Shown piece by piece: positions 27,001 to 38,991 of a stretch of 64,000 nucleotides of DNA. The stretch covers positions 372,001-436,000 of the forward strand of contig JALMLS010000612.1 in NCBI GenBank assembly GCA_038496445.1, in the 5' to 3' direction. The translations under genes and the position numbers were made by a program. This DNA is from Trichosphaerium sp. ATCC 40318 (lineage: Eukaryota > Protista > Tubulinea). Below the pieces are notes generated by a model that saw only the letters and a program-made list of their open reading frames with translations, did not search any database and was not told the DNA's origin. Each line of letters begins with the position of its first letter. The stretch's first letter is position 1.

Positions 27001-27123
27001 TAAAGTACAGGGTCATGGAAGGTGGCTTGTGACAGGATAGTGCAAGGAAAGCGGCAATGCTTATGACAGGGTCTTATCCTGCGCACTGATGCCAAAAGGT
27101 TCCATTGATTGCGGTACACTTTA
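27001..27123. ncRNA. Candidate structured RNA (long bulged hairpin)
   Basis: Nested helices in correct order: 27001-06/27118-23, 27011-15/27106-10, 27015-20/27100-05, 27023-26/27091-94, 27028-31/27082-85, 27033-40/27074-81; intergenic and GC-richer than its flanks. Confidence 0.4.
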
Positions 27124-27225
27124 AGCGAAAATAATAATTAGTAATCTTTGTACTTTATTGCTAAGGATTTTTTTTATTCTCAATTCAGGGACTTGGTCTT
27201 CGTTTTAGGAACCTTAGGAGAGTGT

Positions 27226-29305
27226 TTAAACTGTTCTGTAAGCAACTCTCTTTTTGTAAAAGTAGTATCCACTAATGGCGACTCCAATAGCAACGGCTAA
27301 GAGAACAACAAAGATTGCAACTAGAACAGGAAAGTCAGATTTGCAAAAAAACCCCCGAAAATCCAACATACCAATAATACCAGTCTTGTTAGATTTCTTT
27401 TCTGGAGTGATAGGTGGTGGCACTCGACACTCTGAAATAACACCAGGATAAGTAGCGCGGTTAGCGTCAGGCAAGTTGCCAGTCATTTTTTCTGGACGAA
27501 GAACCATAAGCATGGACATATTGAGTAAGAATTAAAATTTTACCTTCCCAAGTCCTTGCTTCGCCAAGTATAACGTAGAGTCCCCATCCCTTGTTGTTTA
27601 CAACTAAAAGAATTAAAATTGGTTGTACTTGTCTGAAGTATTTGTCACGTGCTTGAAATAGTTTCTGAGCATAAATCCAAAAACTGATTGTGTGCTGAAA
27701 AAAAAATACCGCCACCCTATATTCAAGTTTGTTAAGAGGTGCTACATGTTTTAATGCATACGTATTCTGCAACGTTTCCATCCATAGTTACATCAATGAA
27801 TTCTCCTCCAAAATCAGCTAGGTACATACCACCACCAAAAGTAGAATCATTGGTGCCTGCAATGTCAAGTCTACGAAGAAGGTCATAAAAAAAGTAATAG
27901 TACAAAAAATATAATAGTCAGTTTTGTTCTTCGTTGACTTACTCGTTTCCGGTGAATTCTACACTCAACATTTCCAAAGTAGAAACATTCTGGATATTAA
28001 CGCCAGCTCTGATATATAAACCAGCGCCAAAGAGCTGCATGTTACCGCTACCTTGATGAAGTCATTTCAGTTAAAAAAAGTAAAAACAATCAAAAAAAAA
28101 AAGTACCATGAACAAAGTTGTTTCTAACATAGCCTCTTTCGTAGAAAATTGGTTTATCAGCTGCAGTAATCTAAGGACAATTAATATCTCGGTAAGCCGA
28201 AAATACAACGAGTACCTCAATGTAAGCGGCACCACCACTTGCAAGATCAACACCGGTACCAAGTACCTATAGTTTGTTAGAAAATATGATTGCTAAAAAT
28301 GAAACGGAAAATTCTTTTCGCACTTCGTTGTTCGTAAAGGATACATCAACTAAGTCTATTCTAGTTGATGATGAGATATAAACAGCACCTCCATTAGCTG
28401 TAGCAACACAATGATCGAACTGAACGTGTTCAAATCTGTGAGCGTCGCTGTCAGGCCTTGTAAGCTGAGTATCTTGAAAGAATACACAACCACCATTTCC
28501 ATCGTTGGCAGCATTAGAAGTGCAGTTCCTAAATTCCAAGCCTATAAAATGAAGCGGTTTAATAATTAGATGGCTTTCTTGAATGTATAAGAAGTACCTC
28601 TAAATGTCATTAACCCACTAAAACCCTTGATGGTCCATCCTAAACGTAAAATTAGTCTTATTTTTTTTTGGTCACGTGTTACGGATAACGACATGCCTTC
28701 TTCTCCTTTACAGTCGATAACTGCTTTATGTAAATCATCTCCAGTGATGTTAATAAGAGCTGGGGTTTGTAATATAGCCGCAGGAGGGATGGTAACAAAG
28801 GTATTTGGAGGCTCAGCATACGGTCCTACAACGTCTTTAATTTGTAGTTCTAGCGTCCTGTTGTACCTGCAGTCGCGTTTATCTGTATATTGATGTCACT
28901 TCCAGCGGGGTAGTTAGCGCCAAAAGCAAGGTCTACAGCGTACTATGGAAGTGTAAGCGTATTCATGCGTCGTAAAAGTCAAGAAAACGATTTTTCAAGC
29001 TCTCCCAGGTTAAAGCTAAGAATGGAGTTTATATACGTACGCGGATAGTATGACACGGGTAAGAGACGTTACCGCACGTTTGTATATCGATACCGATAAG
29101 AGCGTCCACGTGAATAACGTATTGGGCTAAATCGTTTAGTATTAGCTTGTTTCGCGTTTACAGAAGAAATATTTTTCGCAAAGATTTTCTTATTGGGATC
29201 AAGGTACAATAAAACGACATGGATTAGACTAGTGATAGTACCTCTAGCGATACATAGTAGCCCAAACAGAATAAAAGAGAATGTCAGAAAGTTTGATAGG
29301 GTCAT
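27226..29305 (-). CDS. Type-I membrane / surface protein with pectin-lyase-like parallel beta-helix repeats
   Basis: Signal peptide; GNGGCVF, ANGGAVYI, FTNN and FGGGMYL repeats; Pro-rich stalk, TM helix and KKRVAYRTV tail. Confidence 0.75.
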
Positions 29306-29783
29306 GGCGTCGATCTGTGTGGTTTAATTTTCAAGTGGTTGAGGTTGCGATACCGAACCTGTTGAAAATTAAAAAAAGCGGTGACATTACAAAACTGTCA
29401 CGAAAAGTCGTCAGCGTTTTTTGTACAGGAACATCACCACTCGAGCTATATAAAGCATCAATAGTAGCTAGTGTATTGAAAGCGTTGATTAAGTACAAAG
29501 ATAGTGAAAAGGCGATAAATCAGAAAAGATCCGCTGTCATACCAAAAATTGGTGAGCTCTGTCACGTGCCAAATTATGCTTTTTTTGAAAATGTTGTGTT
29601 GAAGATTATTTGTTTGTTTCTGTTTCGTTAGCTCGCTGAAGGCCTAGCTATTTGAAGCTGCAAAAGAAAACTGTTGTAATGGTCTTTTTGTTTTCGAACA
29701 TTTTTTTTCGAACAGTTTTTCGAACAAAGACGCGAGCCAGAAATAATTTACACTTTTATTACAGTTTTTTGGCTTTGACACTA

Positions 29784-31054
29784 TTATAAGCCTAGCTTTG
29801 AATTTTCTTTATACCATGTAAAAGCTGTATCTGTCATGGCTATTAATGAATAGTCTACGTCCTAGTAAAACATTAAGTGAATGAAAAATAATGTTTTTCA
29901 ACGTACGTGTGGAAGAAGAAATTCATCCATGCCTTGATTACCTTCCCAGACTTGTTGATCCTCAAGAAGTTGGTCATCACATTCCATAGGCGTACAGTAT
30001 TCGCTTGGTTGTGCGAAGTGCTTTACTGTGCAGTCCGTGTTGTATTGGTTAATGTGTCTGTATGTGTCTTGGCATGATTGCACAGAGTGTTGTGCATAGC
30101 ATGGATAGTCGTCTTGTTCATTCTCAAGAAGTTTATCATCGCAATCCATGGGAGTGAAACAAATTTGTGGTTGCTCTGAACATGTAACTGGGATGTTCCT
30201 CTTTTTTCGGGCTTCGGTTCTCGCATGTTTGCCTCTGTGAACAACCGTAATATAACACCCGAGAACAGTTTTCCCCGTTTTATAGTTGTTCAGCTCCAAA
30301 AGGTGCCTGACAAAACATGTTAGAAAGAAATAGTTTGGCTTTGAGATGCCGTGCTTGCCTTCCTTTTGCTTTGTTGTTAAATCTTCCTTTCAGTATAACT
30401 TTAACAAATCTATGATCATCACAACAAGGCGTGGTCTCCATGACAATACGCCACGATTTTTCCAAGGACTCAAACTCTACAACGTTGTTGCTGCGAGATA
30501 TTACAATATAACTTTTTATTATTAGCCACATCTTTGTAGATAAGTTTTTAGCGTACTTGTGCTTCACCCATTCGCCACAGTTATTGTCAAAGCTCATCTT
30601 TAAAGTAAGGCTTTGTTTGAGTACTTTTTGAGTAAGTTTAAAACCCTTTTCATTGGTTCCTCTATTGCCTACATAGCGTGCAAGCTTAATACCATTGACA
30701 TCATTTCTAACGATCGCTTGCGCAGTCCAAGTTGAGGATCCTTTATACTGCGCATTCACGTGACCTGTGCCTCATTAGAATTTGCTTTTTCGGTTGAATT
30801 AAGTTGGTGGAAGACTTTGATCGGTTTTCCGTTCAAATACAAGAAAATGCCACGCAAAGAAATAGTCATAAAATCGACTCTTCGACAAGTGTTATGACAC
30901 AGGTGGGTTTTGCCTGTTGTTGGAGATTTTTGGAGTAAAAGAAAAACTTACCATAAGTGCTGAGCACAAGTGAAGAGCTTTTTGTAGAGTGTATATTGGC
31001 GTCTGATCTATTTGTTGGATATACAGGTTGTTTTTGTATTAGGAAGCTAGTCAT
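29784..31054 (-). CDS. Hypothetical protein, possible beta-sandwich DNA-binding factor; 4 exons joining three ORF-track fragments
   Basis: Introns ~30765-30952, 30307-30358 (GC-AG) and ~29862-29906 keep one frame; FLIQKQP start, beta-rich core, ARKKRN basic patch, duplicated TPM(D/E)CDD motif. Confidence 0.55.
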
Positions 31055-31927
31055 ATTTGCTTTGAAGTTTGGTTAGTTGTGGTGAGGTTCTAATAAACCT
31101 TTCAGGAGCTGTTGCTGGTGTAGTTTGATAAATGATAGATGATGAAGATATGTACACGAAAATACTGCAAATTTTTTAGTGAAAAGATACCCGAATCTTG
31201 TACATGTGAATGTAAACTTAAAGAAGTAACGCTATTGGAATAACCTTCCAAAACGTTACGATTTCAAAATCGTTAGAGACATAAATTTCGAACAACTACC
31301 CAAAAAAGATGTGAGTTTTGCCACAGTTTAGTGTCCAAGGTATTGTCAAACCTGTAGAACGTGTTTATTATAGTAGTGTCTGCAGGGAAACACTACCCAA
31401 AAATATAGGTACAGCAATTCGAGTGTGATTTTCGAACAAACAGTGCAAAAAAAAACCTTCACTAGTTTGAAATAAGTAGTATCAGATTTTTTCGAACGAA
31501 ATGTTCGAAAGATAAAATCGCAGACTGAAACAAAAGTTACCTCTGACTGTGTTTGCAATATGTATTTCAGTCTGTGTTTAAGAGGGAACTTCGGACATGG
31601 AAACACAAAACTCCGTGACGTTCATGTTTTTTGTTTAGCAAGGAAATTTTCATGGGCAAATCATTTCATTTTGTACATGTCCTAAGCGTAGATTCAAAAA
31701 TCAGCAGAATGCAAAACTATTTAAGAGTATTCAGTGAACAATTGTTATGATAATCTGTAGATATATCAGTACAGCTATAATCTCTTCACACTATTACTTT
31801 TCCTAGCAGAGTGTATGTGACACTAATAGCGACATGTAAGCAAATGCCTTTGCCAATGGTATGATTGATATTGCAGAAAAAGCAGCGAGTTTTCACCTAG
31901 TTATCATTCATTTTAAAACGACAAAAC

Positions 31928-32435
31928 ATGACAAGCAACGCTTCCTGTATTGTAAGTATTATAGCTCTAATGCTTACAATGATATTATCAAAGCCTAATA
32001 CAATACAAATAAAGAACCCTTGTTTAATTACTGTTCACTCATTCGTTTTTCAAACAAAGTCAAACAGAATGATAGCAAACGTTGCCTTGACACTTACAAA
32101 ACCAATGAACTTGACGATAGTATTCCAACCAATGTTACGAAACAATGAAATTGAACCCTTTAAGTACCATTGGGTATACTATGGTCAACACAAAGCCGAC
32201 ACAGAGCTTCAAATTGTGGTACGTCAGATGAACAAAAAAACAAAAAAATCAAACCATCGTTTCTTAGTTGTGCTAGTTTGATGAATCAATCATCTTTCGT
32301 CCCAATTATGGGCATATAGAACATCCTCCTGATTATATGGAGCTATTATTCCGTGATGGGGCTCCTATTGGTACTTCAATGTTAGATACAACATTCAATG
32401 TAAGGCGGGTATGCAATAAATCTCTACATTTGTAA
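31928..32435 (+). CDS. Small hypothetical protein, spliced
   Basis: ORF plus GT-AG intron ~32219-32277 leading to FDESIIFRP...KSLHL*. Confidence 0.45.
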
Positions 32436-32715
32436 CATAGTCGCTGTATTATATGTATGATCTAAAAATAGTAAAATTGATACAAACAAGCAACTGATAT
32501 CACAATGTATCTGTTCACCAATGTGCTTCTAATAATCTTCCGGACTAATGTTGACTTGAGAAAAAACTATTAGTTTTCAGCAAGCTACTGTAAGAATGCG
32601 TTGCTTCAAAAGCACCCTTAATTAATTATTTTGCAATATGAATAGCACATGCTACACTGAAAGAACAGAGTTCCAGCTAGTCAGCTATTAGAGCACTATT
32701 TGAAACGTTTCTGAA

Positions 32716-34378
32716 TCTTACCTGTCACAATCAACCACGTACGTTTTATGTGCACTGACAATTCTGGGACGCAAAATACCAAAACAATCGATAGTACTCC
32801 CACTGTTCGTTATGCGGATATTTCTGAGTTGTTATACGCCACTAGTGCGTATATTTAGTTGTTCACCCCTTTTGAACCAAAAACTATTTCATATCCTGTG
32901 CAGAATGAAGACAACTACCTCGACAGCCAATTTGTATTTTTTTTGTAGCTTTTTATTGTGAGAACGCTTAACAGAATCTGACTTACAGTATACCCTAATA
33001 AACCAAAAACACATACATCAGTAACAACATGTCATCGCCACCGGATCCAACAGTATCAATCACAGTTGGTCCTTCTACATCCACTTCTCTAATTCAGTTC
33101 AACTTGGATAAGATAGACTTTACCATTATAAGTTCTTCTGATAGCCTTATCATCAACGGAGCAGGTCTATTCGACCAATACTACTTGGAGCTCAATACTG
33201 CTCAAATTAAAGCGGCCACTGAAGGTCGTTTTCATACGTCAGGTCATTTGCTGGCTGCCTTTGAATTTGGTCTAAGTGGGGTAAGCTTTTCGATGATTTA
33301 TTATGTTTTGTTCACGTTTTCTTTAAAGGAATATGGCTGCACGCTTTCTACAATGCCACCAAAAGGAAAAATCTTGGATCTCATTCTTACTGAAGTCGAT
33401 AACTATGGCATGGTTAGAAACATAGACTTCCCATTGAAGAGACGAGCTCAGACAGCAGGAGCAGATTTACAGAGCATAAAAGCAACTGTACGCTACAAAT
33501 ACTCTTTTTTCTTTGTGGTCACATTTACTTATTTGTCGGTGTGTAGGTGACAGGATTGATGCTTGCTTTGAAACAACAAAACTTGAATGGCTATGATGGT
33601 CCATTCAGATTCGATCCATTGAAGAAAGAACCAAGCTTGCTCACGTTCAATAATGACACTGCATTGAATCATTTTACTGCAACTAAAAACGCAACATGCT
33701 TGCTACAGTTCAGGTGTTCATCATGCTGAATTCAAGTACGTTCTACAACATTCTCACGAAAATATTGCGTTGTTACTCACACAGTCATGATAGGTTAACA
33801 CACAGAACAAGCAACATTTACTTTGGTGTCATGCCTGACGATGAGACTGTAGATCTTACAATTCTTCCTGGCCTACCACCAAGCAATGTTGGTGGGGCCC
33901 ACATGAACATTTCTGATTGTTCTATTTACTATGAAAAGACTTATGATAGAACCACAAGAAGAGCTGTAATCACAGGTACTTTTGTTGTATTTTGTTCATC
34001 AAAACGTGTTTCAAGTTTTTAGAAAACCGTGTCTTATCTACGTTTGCTTCAGGTAGTTATGTCGGTATCAGATTAGATGTGGATAAGAAAGAAGTGACCT
34101 TCTATGTGAATGGTGTTGATTTCCCAACTCACAAAATTGAAGGAGATAGATTCCGTTTCGCTGTCAGCATCTACGCTCAATATGATGTCGTTGAGATTAT
34201 ACCTGAACTTTGTTGGTCTGACAGATCAATCAAGAGCCTGGATGCTGGGACTACAGCCGGAATCAGAAGAGTGGATACTGGCTCTGCAGGCCCAAGTGCT
34301 AGATGTTATTGAGCGGGGACAACAAGTAACTACAACTAAGAACTACTCAATAAAACAACTCAACTCACTACTCGTTTC
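32716..34378 (+). repeat. Inverted segmental duplication, copy A (partner 48350-50030)
   Basis: Reverse complement matches promoter, exons, introns and 3' UTR of copy B. Confidence 0.95.
33029..34312 (+). pseudogene. SPRY/B30.2-domain gene copy A, frameshifted
   Basis: YFGV and GSYVGIRLDVDKKEVTFYVNG SPRY motifs; lacks 11 nt (TCTTGGATTCT) at ~33703 relative to copy B, giving a stop at 33727-33729. Confidence 0.75.
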
Positions 34379-35042
34379 GTTTCTGTCTTATTTTCTGACC
34401 ATTCTTTCGAATTCCTACAAACGGAGATTGGGCAATTATATTTGAGTGAATTTTTGCGAGGTTGTTCTGATGATGAGTACAATGTAGCAACCGAGAGCAA
34501 CATTGTTCCCAACACATCAATGCAATTATGATGCTACTGTATGATGTGAAATCAACTTAGCATTTAGAACAAACGGGATATCAGCAGCAAGAGGTATTCA
34601 ATGCTCACTTTATGAAGCACTCTGAATCACTTGGTATTGACGATCAACTGAATCTAGAAAAACACCCCAACGAAGATCACTTTTTTTCACGCCATGTCAC
34701 TCAGAAGGACATAAATGTGCTACGTACTTGATAGGTGTTTCCAAAATCCGGTTCGTAGGTGTTGTATTTGGTGGTAGCATTGGCACTGTGGTGTTCTATT
34801 GACGATTTTTTGGTGCACCTTGTGGCCTTGGGTGGTATGCATGTGCTGCAGCATCATCACAGTAAAAATGAAGCAGAACGGGTGATATAAAAATGAAAAG
34901 TCCGAATAAGCTGGCTTTGGAAGTGAACTTTCTTTTGCGTTCATCTAAAAAACTGAAACCAAAAATATGGATTATTTGTTTCATCAATAGGAAACTTATT
35001 GCACAATTTTGTTGGAGAACTATTTATTTATTAATCTCATCT

Positions 35043-35378
35043 CTATGGGTCTATCTGTACAATAGCACCATGTCTTTCTTTTTTACCAGGGAACCTGTAA
35101 TAGGCTGTGTGATATCCCTTATGGTTATAAGGGGACGTAAAGTAAACAAAGCGGCTGAAGCGAGCGCGAGGGCTTTTGTATTGACAAGCCATATACGTTC
35201 GATAGACCTTTACACCAGTATTTCTGGTCCACCTAAACAGTGGGCATCTACAGTCTCGAATGTAGCGCCCTGATCTTGCTCTAGTCTGATCAAGGACATT
35301 TACGCTACATGTGTATGCAATGGCCGGTACTACGGCAAATGCAACGAATACAAGTAAAACGAGCAAGAGGTGTTGCAT
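35043..35378 (-). CDS. Small secreted cationic Cys-containing protein, intronless
   Basis: Signal peptide MQHLLLVLLVFVAFAVVPAIA; 4 Cys; Arg/Tyr-rich mature part; 111 aa. Confidence 0.7.
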   Translation of the reverse strand: MQHLLLVLLVFVAFAVVPAIAYTCSVNVLDQTRARSGRYIRDCRCPLFRWTRNTGVKVYRTYMACQYKSPRARFSRFVYFTSPYNHKGYHTAYYRFPGKKERHGAIVQIDP

Positions 35379-37354
35379 TGTTTGGGTAAAGCAAATAGCT
35401 TACTTAAATACGGAACGCACAGCAAATTTGGAAACTCTTGCCTTTATAAGCACTCCAGCCCCAATAGAGTATATCGTTATGACACGGCACATAACATGCA
35501 TAAGAGACAATGTTTGCACAAAACAACTTTGAATTTCGTAACACCGTTGTTTTTGTACCAGAGACTGAGTATTGTACACGTATAAACATAAAACCCGACA
35601 ATAATGCCCAAATGAAGTAATATACCGCAGTTGGTTTCAGGTACCGGAACAGTTGCATGCGTAAAGCAACTTGCGACTTGCAACAAAACGCCTTTGAGCA
35701 TTTTTTCTCAACTAGCACCATAGCAACCCTATTACACACAAAAAATACTAGTTCTGCAATTAGTGTTTACATCGACTGTGATGTGATTGTATAGTCCGTA
35801 TTGTTATCCCTTGCTCTTTGTTGCAAAAAGAAAACAGTGCTACAGTAGCATAACCTACGCACGGCGATGCCGATAATAAGGTTTTTGTACTGTTTTTTTG
35901 AGCAAGCGAAACTTCTTTGGTAGATCATACTTTTTGCCGATAATCCGGTCAATTCCGGCTTGAGACAACATTTGGAGTTGTGCTAAACTAGACGTACTCA
36001 TTCTATTTTCAATTTCAATTTTGACAAGCGTTACAAGACACCCGTAAATTCGGAGGAATTGACTCAGATTATCGATAAACTTTTGTATCGATAAATTTTT
36101 TTTTCCACTTGACCACGCAAAGCCGGGAAGCTAGTTGATGCCGGTGAACCAGCCGGTATCAAGGGTCACCGTAGAGGTCGGTCATTCAGCCGGCCTTGTA
36201 GTACCGACAATAGGTAAATGAATGCGGTAACTATACCAACTTACCCCCAATTCATGAGAACAGCATGTTCTCCCTGTCATTCTTTGGAGCCTGAAGCCCT
36301 TGCACTCAATGAAATAGTTCTAGTGTTTTGATCCTGTTTGCTAGTTATGGGGACCAATACAACGTTATACATCCCTCTGAATAGTTTTCTATGTCTGTCT
36401 TTTGTTGTTCAACCAACGCGAGTAGCAGAATACCTTTACAACACTAAACTAGCTCTAAATACTAGCCAAATTTGTCGCTAGTACAACTTACAAGCCTGTA
36501 AAAAGGTAACTCCAACTTTTGAAACAGTGTTGGCTCAAGTACAATGGTCAGTGGGCAAGATCCAGGCTATGGCTCTTGTAACTTGGATCATATCGTATAT
36601 TTTTGAATCCAGCAATGTAGATAGGCATGTAAATTTATAAATTTATCACTTTTTCAATGTTGAATTTGTCACAACAAAAGTACTAGGAAACCTCAAAAGT
36701 AAAAAATTTGCAAAATACTGGTCATTACCTGTGCCTATAACGACTTCGCCACTAGCTACAACTTCCAATTGCAATACGAATTATACGTATGAAAACTGCT
36801 TGCTCAGAATGCTTTTGCGTAACAGCTAATGTATTTCTATTAACCTTGAAATATGCCCGCTGAATCTGTGGGACTTTGCAAGGTATATCTCAAGGGAAAA
36901 TAACATGCTAAGCCGTGAAATGTAACAAGTTACCAAAGCATAAATTTATAAATTTATGCTACTACCTTAAACCAAAAGGAGCTTGCCTGATTTCCAGCTG
37001 GCAGTACTGAAGCCCGTATAGGTTTGATGGTTTGTTAATCATAAAGGAGGTAAAAACTCAAAAAAGTGGCAACTGGCAACATAGTTATTGGAGTTGCATA
37101 GTTTCTGTTAGCAAACTATGCTATTTGATGCGCTTATGATAACTGAAAGTGCAACAACCCAAACAGGCGGTTATTTCCTTACACTTAGCTACACTTTTGT
37201 CTACCATATGTCGCTTTATTTTGTTCCAGCGTTTGAAATATTTCCTGTAGTACTACAATGCAGATCCGGCATTAGCGTATAAAACGGATCACTACCAACG
37301 AAAGGTTATCTCTAGAAAAATCCATTTAGTTCATCTGTCAATAGAATGGAATTG

Positions 37355-38542
37355 TTAATCTACACTGTATTTAAGTGTATGAACACCAGCCAATGCTTCA
37401 ACACCATCATCCGTTACGCGATAACAGTAGCGTATATTAACTGTGTGGGCTCCTGCTAGGGCTTTAACACCTTCATCTGTTATTTGACTACACCTAGATA
37501 GATCAATAGTATGAACTCCTGCTAAGGCTTTAACACCTTCATCTGTTATTTGACTACAGCTAGATAGATCAATAGTATGAACTCCTGCTAGTGCTTTAAC
37601 TCCATCATCCGTTATTGCAGAACAATTGGAAACTGTAATTTTATGGACTCCTGCTAAAGCTTTAACACCTTCATCTGTTACTTCATTAAAATCTAGCCTA
37701 ATTGTATGAACGCCAGCCAATGCTTTAACTCCATCATCCGTTATTCGTTTACAATCATTTAGATAAATTGTATGGACCCCTGCCAATGCTTTAACTCCAT
37801 CATCCGTTATTGCAAAACACCAAGATAGCTCAATAGTATGAACTCCTACTAAAGCTGCTACTCCATCATCTGTTAATTCAATACAACCTTTAAGTTTAAT
37901 TGTATGAGCACCAGCTAAAGCTTTAACACCTTCATCTGTTATTAGCTCGCAGTATGATAGATCAACTGTATGGACTCCTGCCAATGCTTTAACTCCATCA
38001 TCCGTTATTTGAAAACACCAAGATAGATCAATAGTATGAACTCCTGCTAAGGCTTTAACACCTTCATCTGTTATTTGGCTACAGCTACACCATGATAAAT
38101 CAATTGTCCGTATTCCAGCAAGCTGCGCAAGCATCTCATCATTCACGTCAGTCTTTATACTGGAATGAAACCATCCAACTTTATATGTGGTAAAGCTAAT
38201 ACCATCAATGACTTTGAAGCCACTAAAGTCAATATTTTTGTCCAACTTGGACAGTTCGAGCGCGTAAGCGCCATGTAGGTACTGCAAATCTTTTTGGTTG
38301 ATACGAAACTTAATAGCAATTGTACTTGTACTGATTAAATGTCTAGACAGCGTTCTAAGCCTTCTTCTAGATTTAATAATAATTGTTCTACCACTCGTAT
38401 ATCCTACATGCTGTACTGCGATATTGGATAATAAATGTGATGTTTGAGCAATTGAACGCATAGAGAACGCAGGAACAAACTGTAGAATGTTAACTATTAC
38501 TTCAACGGGTATCTCATCAAAGAATGCTGTATTTGAGTTCAT
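37355..38542 (-). CDS. F-box plus cysteine-containing LRR protein, intronless
   Basis: F-box-like EIPVEVIVNILQFV; ~11 x 22-aa GVHTIDLSxCxxITD(E/D)GVKALA repeats; ATG at 38542. Confidence 0.9.
   Translation of the reverse strand: MNSNTAFFDEIPVEVIVNILQFVPAFSMRSIAQTSHLLSNIAVQHVGYTSGRTIIIKSRRRLRTLSRHLISTSTIAIKFRINQKDLQYLHGAYALELSKLDKNIDFSGFKVIDGISFTTYKVGWFHSSIKTDVNDEMLAQLAGIRTIDLSWCSCSQITDEGVKALAGVHTIDLSWCFQITDDGVKALAGVHTVDLSYCELITDEGVKALAGAHTIKLKGCIELTDDGVAALVGVHTIELSWCFAITDDGVKALAGVHTIYLNDCKRITDDGVKALAGVHTIRLDFNEVTDEGVKALAGVHKITVSNCSAITDDGVKALAGVHTIDLSSCSQITDEGVKALAGVHTIDLSRCSQITDEGVKALAGAHTVNIRYCYRVTDDGVEALAGVHTLKYSVD
37370..38110 (-). repeat. 66-bp coding tandem repeat (LRR array)
   Basis: Recurrent GCTTTAACACCTTCATCTGTTA / GCTTTAACTCCATCATCCGTTA units at ~66-nt spacing. 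Confidence 0.9.
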
Positions 38543-38991
38543 GCTTTTATGTATTTGTGTATGTGCTGTTGAGGCTTTATTTTGATACCCCACGTGAAGT
38601 TCTTTGACAGTTTTTGTTTCCTTTTATTGAAGAGATGTATCTACCAGTCCTTAAACGTACTAATACCTAGCGGGAAGTAAAGGTGTTGATAGTTTATTGG
38701 GTCACCGCAAACAGTCTGTATCAAACCAAACTACGTAGCACTACAACCACCGACCCTACTTCAAACAACTAACGCCATTGGGGTTCTTCAGACGCTCACT
38801 TCAACCTTTGATTGTTTGATATCAGAAGAAAGCGACTAGGCTTCAAATACGTTTTTTGTGCGTAGAAAAGGAGACACAGCGTATTTACAACGTTTGTGGA
38901 GTTCACTTTTTATCTGAGATTGACGTTGCGTTAAAAAAAAAGAATAATAGCTACAGGTACCCCTTTAGGTTAAATCTTACAGTAATGGTGC

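Noticed and set aside
28335-28345. GTATCCTTT on the minus strand as a U12 donor
   Set aside because: Lies inside an open exon (DVSFTNN) that ends at a normal GTGCGA donor
34720-35952. Several short overlapping ORFs around the secreted gene
   Set aside because: No motifs or consistent splice structure; likely chance ORFs
36238-36310. U1 snRNA-like spacing of ACTTACC and TTGCACTC
   Set aside because: No ACCTG, no U1-70K loop, no stem around TTGCAC and no Sm site
37370-38110. Regular repeats as a CRISPR array
   Set aside because: They are in-frame coding LRR units in a eukaryotic gene; no cas genes
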